From an uncultured Candidatus Saccharibacteria bacterium (GTDB lineage Bacteria; Patescibacteriota; Minisyncoccia; Phycocordibacterales; UBA918), in NCBI GenBank assembly GCA_964611205.1, contig CAZSZB010000002.1:10609-74608 (forward strand): 64,000 nt of DNA, in the 5' to 3' direction. The position numbers were made by a program, and so were the translations under genes. The notes below the pieces were generated by a model. The model was given only the letters and a program-made list of their open reading frames with translations. It had not been told where the DNA came from and did not search any database. Shown here one piece after another: positions 1 through 9,957 of the stretch (positions are counted from its first letter, which is position 1; every line of letters begins with the position of its first letter).

Positions 1-81
1 AGCATTCACGTGATAAACAGAAAAACTACTGAAGAAAAATACGGTGACTAAAAAAATAATGTACAAAGATTGTTCACGCAT
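1..81 (-). CDS. N-terminus of a secreted protein (runs off window)
   Basis: ATG at 81, open to base 1: MREQSLYIIFLVTVFFFSSFSVYHVNA, signal-peptide-like. Confidence 0.6.
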   Translation of the reverse strand, partial: MREQSLYIIFLVTVFFFSSFSVYHVNA

Positions 82-94
82 GATATCCGTGACA

Positions 95-1180
95 TTATTT
101 TTCTTTTCTCTTAAACTCAAAAGACTTGAAGAACCTCATAATAAACCATATTACCACAAACAAACCTACGAATATTGTAGCAACTATTTTCCAAGGAATG
201 ACCCAGAATGAAATCTGAGCTTCATCAATAATGTCATCATAGCCACGATTTAGATTCAAAGTAGCAGTATAACGACCGAATAATAGATCACGGTTCCAAC
301 TGATTTCTCGAGAACGCAATGATTGAGGTAAAGCAAACCAGGGTTTAAGTTCTACAAAACCAACATCTTCTCCTAGGACATTGGATATTCTTATTTCACC
401 ATAAGGATTAAGGTGTAAAGACCCTTCATTTTCATAAAGTATTTGAAACTCTATAGGACCTTTTTCGTACCACTTTTTATTATTCAAAGTAGAAAAGCTC
501 TTAAGCTCTCCTGCTATTTCTGTTTCTCCAGGCACCGTAACAAAAATAAGTGAACCGATACGACTAATTATAGCTGATCTTGGAGCAGCACCGTCTTCAG
601 AACCGGGATCGGCCTCGGTTGTAACTGTTTTAACTAAAACACTACCGTATTTTCCACCTGCTTCTGCGTCCTTAGGAACAGATACAGTTACCGGGATTGT
701 TACTCGAAGATTCGGTTCTAAATCGAATTTATATTTAGGAACAGAAATATAGTCCTTTAAAGTGTAGGGGCCTCGGTCGTCACCCAAAAGCACAACTGAT
801 TCATTGATATCTGTTGAACCACTAATATCCTCGATATCAATTTCAAAACGTTTGGTTTCTGCCATCCGGTTGGAAATGTTTATATAAACAGTTTTCGTTT
901 GACCTGGTAGTAATTGTAATTCTAACTTCCCTGGACCAAGAACAAAATCATCAAAAACTTTATCGCCAAGTAGAGCTTCTGTTGGGTAAGGATTACTGAA
1001 ATCAGGCAAAGGGTCTGTCTCTACCTCATCCGAAGAAGTAGCATTATTTTGAATTATTTCATTCGTTTCTGAAGCAAAATTGTTTTCCTGTGCAGCTGTT
1101 TGAGACACAGCTATTACCAAAAGAAATAGTAAGGCACTAAGGGAAAGGAGACTTGTATATCTTAGCCAAGAAGCGGTCAT
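95..1180 (-). CDS. DUF916/DUF3324-like (WxL-interacting) cell-surface protein with C-terminal TM helix
   Basis: Signal peptide, Ig-like segments (VTIPVTVSVPKDAEAGGKYGSV; YENEGSLHLNPYGEIRI; FGRYTATL), C-terminal TM and basic tail. Confidence 0.6.
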   Translation of the reverse strand: MTASWLRYTSLLSLSALLFLLVIAVSQTAAQENNFASETNEIIQNNATSSDEVETDPLPDFSNPYPTEALLGDKVFDDFVLGPGKLELQLLPGQTKTVYINISNRMAETKRFEIDIEDISGSTDINESVVLLGDDRGPYTLKDYISVPKYKFDLEPNLRVTIPVTVSVPKDAEAGGKYGSVLVKTVTTEADPGSEDGAAPRSAIISRIGSLIFVTVPGETEIAGELKSFSTLNNKKWYEKGPIEFQILYENEGSLHLNPYGEIRISNVLGEDVGFVELKPWFALPQSLRSREISWNRDLLFGRYTATLNLNRGYDDIIDEAQISFWVIPWKIVATIFVGLFVVIWFIMRFFKSFEFKRKEK

Positions 1181-1201
1181 AATTAGTTAAGTAAGACTAA
1201 A

Positions 1202-1909
1202 CTAATTATCTAAAGCAGTCAATGTGGCGGTAGCAACATAAGTACCACTTGGAACTGCTGGAGTTGGTCCATTAGGAATAGTGATCCTGAATTTAACAGT
1301 AGAAGTAGAGCCTGATGCCGGAGTTGGGGCTCCTGAGTAGATTAGAGTGGTGGCCGCGTTTTCATCAGTAGAAGAAGCACCGCGCCAACAGTTATCGACT
1401 GTGAAGGTCGTGTTATTACTTGTCCCACAGTTACCACCAGTATGAGTAAACACACTGGAGACTTCACTGGTATTAGAAGCATTTATTGTAAAACCAAATT
1501 GAGCATTAGGTAAAGAAGTGTCATACCCAGTCGGATAAGAAGACATATCGGAAGAGTAAACATAGTTAGCAATAGTATCGTTACTACCATTTCTCTTCAT
1601 AGCAGTAGTGCTACTAAACTTAATCGTCATATTGTAACCACTAACGTTGTTACTGGTCACACGAACAGATGTTTCCCCCAGAGTAGTACCGCCGGTAAGA
1701 CCGTTTAGAGTACCACTCATGGTGACATCGCTAGCAGTAGCCGCAAAAGCAATAGCTGAGGAAACAGTTTGCGTAACAGTAAATTCATCTGTTACCGCTT
1801 GCCCTACTATTGGTTCAGAAACCAAATAAATAGCGAATATAATGGATAGTATCAGTACAGCTGCAAGCAATGAATCGTAGCTACTTCTAATTAAATTTTT
1901 GATGATCAT
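1202..1909 (-). CDS. Secreted Thr/Ser-rich WxL-like beta protein
   Basis: N-terminal TM/signal, C-terminal PSGTYVATATLTA strand typical of WxL-like proteins; adjacent to DUF916-like gene. Confidence 0.5.
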   Translation of the reverse strand: MIIKNLIRSSYDSLLAAVLILSIIFAIYLVSEPIVGQAVTDEFTVTQTVSSAIAFAATASDVTMSGTLNGLTGGTTLGETSVRVTSNNVSGYNMTIKFSSTTAMKRNGSNDTIANYVYSSDMSSYPTGYDTSLPNAQFGFTINASNTSEVSSVFTHTGGNCGTSNNTTFTVDNCWRGASSTDENAATTLIYSGAPTPASGSTSTVKFRITIPNGPTPAVPSGTYVATATLTALDN

Positions 1910-2001
1910 AAAGAATAAATATTATAAATAATAGTAACTTTTTTTACCAACGGTATCTACACAATACTGCCAAAAGGTGGGGATATTTATATCTTAATAA
2001 T

Positions 2002-2253
2002 TTAAATTAAAATAGTTGCTTGATTATTACTTATTTCTAGTGTTCCTGAATCAATTTGGTACTCTTCTTTTTGTTCTTTGTTAATTTTGATTGTCAGAGT
2101 CCCAGTCTTCAGAGGAGAAATTAATGGCTCGTGATCAGCCATTATTTCCATTTCACCAGCTGCTCCCGGAACATGTACGCTCAAAACTTCACCTTCAAAA
2201 ACAGGAGCATCAACTCTAGAAACTATTAATTTAAGTAATCTTTGTTCGGCCAT
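2002..2253 (-). CDS. atpC: ATP synthase F1 epsilon subunit (beta-sandwich only)
   Basis: VPGAAGEMEIMADHEPLISPL motif; last gene of atp operon. Confidence 0.9.
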   Translation of the reverse strand: MAEQRLLKLIVSRVDAPVFEGEVLSVHVPGAAGEMEIMADHEPLISPLKTGTLTIKINKEQKEEYQIDSGTLEISNNQATILI

Positions 2254-2255
2254 AT

Positions 2256-3674
<1,419 letters not shown>

Positions 3675-3853
3675 TTATAAATTGATTTTGATAATGGTTT
3701 AATTTAATGTTCTTCATCATTTCCCGGACGAAGGAAAATTATCCCGAACCAAATAAAACATAATCGCTCCCGCTCATTGTTTTATTCGTCTCTCACTCAG
3801 TACCACTGAGTATCCAAAGTCCGTAAGACTCTGGCTACTTAGTACTACGCAAA

Positions 3854-4759
3854 CTATTTCATTGCTTCTACCCCCGCGGTTATTTCTGACACCTCAGCTG
3901 TAATGGCCGTCTGGCGAGCTTTGTTATATTTAATTGTTAAAGCTTTGATTACTTCCTTGCTTTTATCGGTAGCATTCTTCATTGCCACCATTCGAGCAGA
4001 ATGCTCAGACGCTTTGCTCTCCAAAAGAGCATGATAAATAATAATTTCAATCAAGCGTGGTATCAGGGATTTTAAAACCTCTTCTGCTGAAGGTTCGATG
4101 GTATAGGACACAATAGCTGTAGCCGGCTCTATTTCTTCACTAAATTTTCCTTTTTTAGGACGGATACCGCGTAAAATATAATGAATTTCTGCTGGATCAA
4201 GCGGTAGAATAGTACGCTTAGTCGGCAACTGTTCGAAAGTAGAAAGAAAATTCTGATAAATAATTTCAATTTCTTTGTAAGCTCCTGTATTAAATCTGTC
4301 TAAAATAACTTTAGACATTTCATAAATATCTGCCATCGTAACAGCATCCGAAACATTATTATGCTCTTCAATGATTTCAAGCTTTTCGCGACGTGCAAAA
4401 TCCCCGGCTTTGCGACCAATACAAATGACTTCTATTTCTGCTCGGTACTTGTGAACTACCTCCTCGGCTTTTTTAATAACAGCACTGTTAACACTACCAG
4501 CCAAACCCTTATCACTAGTGACAATAACCAAAATCCTTTTACCTTCTTCTTTCTTGGTAGTGTAATTGCTGTGTCTTAAGTCTGGTGAGCTAGCTAGACG
4601 AGAAAGAATTCGCATAGCAGCGTGGACATACGGCCGACCAGCGAAAGCTCGTTCTTGAGCTTTACGCATCTTAACCGCTGAAACAGACTCCATGGCTTTG
4701 GTTACCTGTCCGGTTTTCTTGGTAGAAATTATTTTGTTTTTTACTTGTTTAAGTGCCAT
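3854..4759 (-). CDS. atpG: ATP synthase F1 gamma subunit
   Basis: VTKAMESVSAVK, TSDKGLAG, SEHSARMVAMKNAT, NKARQTAIT. Confidence 0.98.
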   Translation of the reverse strand: MALKQVKNKIISTKKTGQVTKAMESVSAVKMRKAQERAFAGRPYVHAAMRILSRLASSPDLRHSNYTTKKEEGKRILVIVTSDKGLAGSVNSAVIKKAEEVVHKYRAEIEVICIGRKAGDFARREKLEIIEEHNNVSDAVTMADIYEMSKVILDRFNTGAYKEIEIIYQNFLSTFEQLPTKRTILPLDPAEIHYILRGIRPKKGKFSEEIEPATAIVSYTIEPSAEEVLKSLIPRLIEIIIYHALLESKASEHSARMVAMKNATDKSKEVIKALTIKYNKARQTAITAEVSEITAGVEAMK

Positions 4760-4779
4760 AAAATAATGCGAGGATCTTC

Positions 4780-6351
4780 TTAAGCAACAGGTTTGTAGTT
4801 TTGAGGGTGGGCTTCTTTATAGTCTTTAATAGCTTTATCGAGCTTTTCTATTATTTCGTCAGTAAGTTCACGACCTGTTTCAATGTCGGTTAAAATCTCC
4901 TTTCGATCACGTTCTACAAACTCGATAAAAGTCTGTTCAATCTTTCGAGTATTTTCTACTGGGGCTCCAAAGAAGATACCTTGGTTAGCGGCGTAAATAG
5001 CAATCACTTGTTTTTGGAATGGAACCGGTTGGTTTTGGCCCTGTTTCAACAACTCAACATATTTACGACCTGATTCGATACGATTTTTTGTATCTTCATC
5101 AAGATCTGAAGCAAATTGCATAAAAGCCTCTAACTCTCTGAATTGTGCCAATTCAAGACGAATCTTACCTGACACTTTCTTCATCGCTTTAGTTTGAGCG
5201 GAAGAACCTACTCGAGATACAGAAATACCGACATCCAGAGCTGGGCGGATACCTTTATTAAACAAATCAGTATCTAGGAAAATCTGACCATCAGTGATTG
5301 AAATCACGTTAGTTGGAATATAAGCAGACACGTCACCTTCTTGGGTCTCAATAATAGGCAGGGCAGTAATCGATCCACTACCGAGTTCAGCTGAGAGTTT
5401 AGCAGAACGCTCTAATAATCGAGAGTGGAGATAAAAGATATCACCTGGATAAGCTTCGCGTCCCGGCGGACGACGTAGAAGTAGAGACATTTGTCGATAG
5501 GCATTAGCGTGTTTAGATAAGTCATCCAGAATAATCAACACGTCTTTACCTTGCTGCATAAAATATTCACCAATAGCCATGCCTGCAAATGGTGCCAAGA
5601 AAAGAAGTGGTGACGCTTCTGAAGCTGAAGTAGCTACTATTGTTGTGTATTCCATTGCTCCGGCTTCTTCTAACTTAGCCATGATGCTTACAGTTTTTGA
5701 ACGTTTCTGCCCAATAGCTACATATATACAAATTGGTCTTTTTTCTGCTGGCTCGTGTTTCTGGTTGATGATTGTGTCAACAGCAATGGTTGTTTTACCA
5801 GTCTGTCGGTCACCAATAATCAACTCTCTTTGTCCACGACCGATAGGAATCATAGAGTCAATAGCTTTGATACCAGTGTGGATAGGTTCATTAACACTTG
5901 AACGATCCATCACCCCATAAGCAACTCGCTCGATTGGCATGTCTGCTTCCCCTTTTACTGCACCCTTACCGTCAATTGGCTCACCAAGTGGACTGACCAC
6001 TCGTCCAACTATTTCTGGACCAACTGGGATAGAAAGTAGTTTTTCAGTTCGCATTACCCGCATACCCTCTTTTACCCGAGTAGATTCGCCTAGCACTACT
6101 ACTTTAACCACGTCTTCTTCCAAGTTGAGGATCAGACCATAGAGAGCATCCTTAGCAGCAATCGTTTCAGCCAGTGATTTGCCGTCACTATCAGAAAACA
6201 CCACCATTTCCATCATCTGGGCTTCCGAAAGACCGTCAATTTCAGCAATTCCGTCACCAACTGCTGTAACCACACCGATTTCTTTCGGTGCCGATGACAG
6301 GTCGATGTTTTCTATTTCTTGCTTTATTTTATCTATAATGACTGAGCTCAT
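4780..6351 (-). CDS. atpA: ATP synthase F1 alpha subunit
   Basis: GDRQTGKT, RRPPGREAYPGD. Confidence 0.99.
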   Translation of the reverse strand: MSSVIIDKIKQEIENIDLSSAPKEIGVVTAVGDGIAEIDGLSEAQMMEMVVFSDSDGKSLAETIAAKDALYGLILNLEEDVVKVVVLGESTRVKEGMRVMRTEKLLSIPVGPEIVGRVVSPLGEPIDGKGAVKGEADMPIERVAYGVMDRSSVNEPIHTGIKAIDSMIPIGRGQRELIIGDRQTGKTTIAVDTIINQKHEPAEKRPICIYVAIGQKRSKTVSIMAKLEEAGAMEYTTIVATSASEASPLLFLAPFAGMAIGEYFMQQGKDVLIILDDLSKHANAYRQMSLLLRRPPGREAYPGDIFYLHSRLLERSAKLSAELGSGSITALPIIETQEGDVSAYIPTNVISITDGQIFLDTDLFNKGIRPALDVGISVSRVGSSAQTKAMKKVSGKIRLELAQFRELEAFMQFASDLDEDTKNRIESGRKYVELLKQGQNQPVPFQKQVIAIYAANQGIFFGAPVENTRKIEQTFIEFVERDRKEILTDIETGRELTDEIIEKLDKAIKDYKEAHPQNYKPVA

Positions 6352-6384
6352 AATGAATGATTTATTTTAGTGGATAATTTGTTG

Positions 6385-6765
6385 CTAGGTGGTTAATGCC
6401 CGGTAAAGGTTGACCAACTTTGTTTTATAACTTTTGTCTAATATTTTATTATTAGCTTCTACTAGCCATCCCCCAACTATGGTGGGGTCGATAACAACTT
6501 CTGGTTCACCAGTAGCTGCTAATTCTGCTAAAGCTTCTTTTATTTTAGCTAATTCTTTCTCGTAGACATTGTCGTTTGGAACTACTACTGTAATTTTATT
6601 TGTGCCAGTAGCTTCTAATACCTTCAAAACACCACGCAGAATCGGAGCATAAAGTCTCTGGTGACCTCTTTCTTTAAGAGTGCTTTGTAGTCCTTTTATA
6701 ATTTTATCTAGGCTATCGCCTGTTTTAATTTTTTCAAGAACTGCTGTGATGTAGTTGTCTTTCAT
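6385..6765 (-). CDS. atpH: ATP synthase delta subunit (short)
   Basis: DPTIVGGWLVEANNKILDKS C-terminal motif; position between atpF and atpA. Confidence 0.85.
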   Translation of the reverse strand: MKDNYITAVLEKIKTGDSLDKIIKGLQSTLKERGHQRLYAPILRGVLKVLEATGTNKITVVVPNDNVYEKELAKIKEALAELAATGEPEVVIDPTIVGGWLVEANNKILDKSYKTKLVNLYRALTT

Positions 6766-6783
6766 AAGAATGAATACGTAAAA

Positions 6784-7233
6784 CTAAGCTTGCTTATCGG
6801 CTAAGATTTTCTCTGCAGTAAGAACCGCTAGTTTAGCTATTTCAGCCTCACTATCTTTGCGCGCTTGAGTTTGTAGATTGATTGCTTTTTCTTCTGCTTG
6901 AGAAATTATATTTGATGCTTTCTCATCTGCCGCTGCTGTTATAGCTGCAGTTTTTTCATCAGCAAATGTTTTGGCTCTTTTAGCAATAGCTTCGGCTTCT
7001 TTATGAGCAGTTGCTAAAACTGTTTGTTTTTCTCCCTCAGCTTCAGATAAAGCACGGGCCGCTGTCTCTGCGTCTTTAATACCTTGCCGTACTTTTTCTT
7101 CTCTTTCAGCCAAAAGCTTAAGAACTGGTTTGTACAAAAAATAAGAAAGAACTGCCACTAAAATAGTGAAGTTAATGATTTGTACGACAATCAATTTTAC
7201 ATCGATGCCGAAAGCTTGAATAAGTTGTTCCAT
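6784..7233 (-). CDS. atpF: ATP synthase Fo b subunit
   Basis: QIINFTIL TM followed by charged coiled coil. Confidence 0.95.
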   Translation of the reverse strand: MEQLIQAFGIDVKLIVVQIINFTILVAVLSYFLYKPVLKLLAEREEKVRQGIKDAETAARALSEAEGEKQTVLATAHKEAEAIAKRAKTFADEKTAAITAAADEKASNIISQAEEKAINLQTQARKDSEAEIAKLAVLTAEKILADKQA

Positions 7234-7349
7234 AATTTTATCTAGATAACTAGGTTTTAGTTACTGTGTGACTTCCCTGCTTTAATCTAAAAATCTACAT
7301 AATCGAGATTTTCAGACAGTTGTTTAGCTCGAGAATTTGCTTAATTTGT

Positions 7350-7613
7350 TTAAGCAAATTTGATGATAAACGATACAACTAAAGCGAAAATTGCCAAAGC
7401 TTCAACGAATACGATACCGAGGATCATAGTACTTTGAATCTTTGAAGCTGCTTCTGGATTACGGCCGATAGCATCAAGGGCTCGTGATACTAAGATACCA
7501 ATACCGATTCCTGGACCAAGCACACCGATACCGGCGGCTAAAGCCATAGCGATAGATTTGATTGCGTCAGCGCTCATTTCTGAAGCCTGAAGAGCTAATT
7601 CTATTTCTGTCAT
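7350..7613 (-). CDS. atpE: ATP synthase Fo c subunit
   Basis: GPGIGIG, RNPE loop, FVEALAIF; lacks the Na+-type Q and E-S/T pair, so probably H+-coupled. Confidence 0.97.
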   Translation of the reverse strand: MTEIELALQASEMSADAIKSIAMALAAGIGVLGPGIGIGILVSRALDAIGRNPEAASKIQSTMILGIVFVEALAIFALVVSFIIKFA

Positions 7614-7676
7614 AATTTAATTCTTTATTAATAATTATTAAGAGTCGACATGCCAATGTAAACTCTATAGTAATTA

Positions 7677-8456
7677 CTAATGGGGCTCAGCTACTGCTAA
7701 CTTTATAAATATTAAAGTCAGGAAAGCAAAGACTCCAGCCTGAATCATCCCGACAAAAGTTTCATAAAGCAGGATAGGTACCGGCAAAATGAGCGGGACA
7801 AAAAACATCGCCACCAAGAGAAGGGTCTTACCAGCAAAAATATTTCCGAATAAACGGAATGAGAAAGACACAATCCGACCGATTTCACTGATAAGCTCGA
7901 TTAGCCCAACTACGAAGCTCATCGGTGACGAAAAGTTTATAAACTTACCGCCATATTTCCAGGCCCCTAAAGCTACTATACCGGCAAATTCTATCACAGC
8001 CATGGAAATAAAGGCGAAAGCAATAGGAATATTTAAGTCAGTAGCAGGAGGATACAAGAAAGGAATTAGATGACCATGTTCATTGAAATAGCCGATTGAA
8101 GTAACTCCGGGGAGAAGTCCTACCCAGTTCATAGTCAATAGAAAAATAAAGATGGTAATCAAAACTGGAAAGTATTTTTTGGCTAACTTCTCACTCTCTA
8201 GAGTTTCAACAACATAATTATATAGACCACCGATAGTTAGTTCTATTATCGACTGACTTTTACCAGGAATAGTCTTTAAAGATCGGTTCAACAAAAAAGC
8301 ACCTACAATAAGTAGCAACATGACCAACCAAGAAGTTAGTAGGGTTGAGGTGATTGGCATATTTCCAATATGACCTAACACGTACGGTGCTAAATGAACG
8401 GAAATTCCTTCGCCTCCCTCCTCCGCTGCTTGTGCAATATTAATGAATTGAAACAT
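7677..8456 (-). CDS. atpB: ATP synthase Fo a subunit
   Basis: SFSFRLFGNIFAG, IQAGVFAFL; start likely ATG 8456 or 8462 rather than TTG 8495. Confidence 0.95.
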   Translation of the reverse strand: MFQFINIAQAAEEGGEGISVHLAPYVLGHIGNMPITSTLLTSWLVMLLLIVGAFLLNRSLKTIPGKSQSIIELTIGGLYNYVVETLESEKLAKKYFPVLITIFIFLLTMNWVGLLPGVTSIGYFNEHGHLIPFLYPPATDLNIPIAFAFISMAVIEFAGIVALGAWKYGGKFINFSSPMSFVVGLIELISEIGRIVSFSFRLFGNIFAGKTLLLVAMFFVPLILPVPILLYETFVGMIQAGVFAFLTLIFIKLAVAEPH

Positions 8457-8756
8457 ATACATTCCGAACAAACCAGAGGAAATGCTTTGTTCCAAAATAA
8501 TTCAGGACAATTGAAAATGTGAAATTCTCGTTCAATACGACGGTACCCTCAGAATGTTTGAGAGTCCGGTTATTCACAACTTTGGTCATCCAAAATTACT
8601 TCTAAAAACAAACCAGTTCAATCCAATTTGCGACTGCATATTATCATATTGAAGACGATTGTAAACTTTGACTCTGTTGAAAGAACCTAATCGAGACCTG
8701 GTCTCTAACTTAATTTCTTTGTAAAAGTAGCAAATGGGAGTTCTTAATTTATTTTG

Positions 8757-8977
8757 TGGACCAGACAGGATTCGGTCACTCTCGTGGATATTTTCTTCGT
8801 TCTATGAACTCAAAAATATCTCACTCCCTCGAATCTTACAGATTCTGTACAGGTTTCGCTCTAGCGAGCTGCAACCTTGTAATAAAATCTCCCAGACTTT
8901 ATTACACCATTCGTCGCGGTCCTCGGCTTAAGCCTGCGGACTCCGTCGCGACTCAGTTCGAATCCTGTCAAAGTCTC
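8757..8977 (-). ncRNA. tRNA-Ala 3'-end-anchored structured element, copy 2 (expanded)
   Basis: 18-bp copy of tRNA-Ala 3' end (8757-8774), inverted copy (8956-8969), TGTAATAAAGTC-TGGGA-GATTTTATTACA hairpin (8878-8906). Confidence 0.6.
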
Positions 8978-9022
8978 TCAAAAACAACAAAACCAAAGCA
9001 TTCGCTTTGGTTTTGGTTTTTG

Positions 9023-9147
9023 TGGACCAGACAGGATTCGAAACATACTGTTTCAGTACAGGTTGTCAGTATTCTTAATGAATTAAGAATACTAGGCAAC
9101 CTCTTCGAATCCTGACGTAAAGCCTCCCAGGCTTTACTTCTGGTCCG
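9023..9147 (-). ncRNA. tRNA-Ala 3'-end-anchored structured element, copy 1
   Basis: 20-bp direct copy of tRNA 3' end (9023-9042), antisense copy (9104-9114 plus 9139-9146) split by AGTAAAGCC-TGGGA-GGCTTTACGT. Confidence 0.7.
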
Positions 9148-9184
9148 AAATAAACAAACCGCAGACAAGCTGCGGTTTATTTTG

Positions 9185-9257
9185 TGGACCAGACAGGATT
9201 CGAACCCGCTGCCTCCTCAGTGCAAATGAGGCGCTCTACCAATTGAGCTACTGGCCC
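9185..9257 (-). tRNA. tRNA-Ala(TGC)
   Basis: GGGCCAGTAGCTCAATTGGTAGAGCGCCTCATTTGCACTGAGGAGGCAGCGGGTTCGAATCCTGTCTGGTCCA; cloverleaf, G3:U70, no encoded CCA. Confidence 0.97.
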
Positions 9258-9372
9258 AAACGAGATAGTAAATATTCACTACTGATTACTGAGTCAGAAA
9301 GCTTCGCTTACTGCCCAACAAAATCTCGTAAGTGCCGCATATATTACTACACTCACAAGCAGAGTCAATCAG

Positions 9373-9897
9373 TTATTTCCAAGGCTGATCGCTAGAGTGA
9401 GATTGGAAATCATTTATCGTCAACAAATCATCATCAGACCAAGGGTTATCATTATAATTTAAAACAACCACTCCTTCAGTGTCTGGTAAAGAAACCAGGT
9501 GTGCAGTATCTTTTTCGATATCGTAAACAACCGGCACACAACCTTCGCTGGTCATAGATAGTAATTCACAGTAAAAAATAAATTTTTTACTTGGTGAAAC
9601 CTGAGCGTTTGTTATTTTATGATGAAAACCAACTCTTTCTATATCAGCATCCATAGATAGACTGTTTTTATTAGCACTAAGTATGCGTTCATTGTCACCT
9701 TGCTTTATAAACAAACCAACATCGTTTAGGATTAATTCCCAATCATTTTTTTCCTCCATTACTTTCCCAGTGCTGGCAATCTGCGGTACAGAATTAGGCT
9801 GATTCAGTGACTGATTAAAGGCTATAAAAGCAGTCGTAAAACCAATAATATAAGCTAAGATAATTAGTAGCGATCTCTCAAAACGAACACTTTTCAT
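9373..9897 (-). CDS. Hypothetical membrane-anchored protein
   Basis: 174-aa ORF with N-terminal TM; TATAAT 7 nt before ATG. Confidence 0.75.
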   Translation of the reverse strand: MKSVRFERSLLIILAYIIGFTTAFIAFNQSLNQPNSVPQIASTGKVMEEKNDWELILNDVGLFIKQGDNERILSANKNSLSMDADIERVGFHHKITNAQVSPSKKFIFYCELLSMTSEGCVPVVYDIEKDTAHLVSLPDTEGVVVLNYNDNPWSDDDLLTINDFQSHSSDQPWK

Positions 9898-9957
9898 TAC
9901 TTGAATTATACCAGCTTTTATTTTGGCAATACTTATTTGTCACCAGCTCTTTTCTAC

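Noticed and set aside
7350-7613. Na+-coupled ATP synthase
   Set aside because: The c subunit has E-A-L and lacks the Gln and Ser/Thr ligands
8734-9168. ORFs 8734-8931, 8756-9115 and 8968-9168
   Set aside because: They overlap the structured tRNA-linked repeats, with no protein motifs or plausible starts
8757-9185. Prophage or genomic island bounded by att repeats
   Set aside because: The direct repeats enclose only 162-266 bp, with no integrase or cargo
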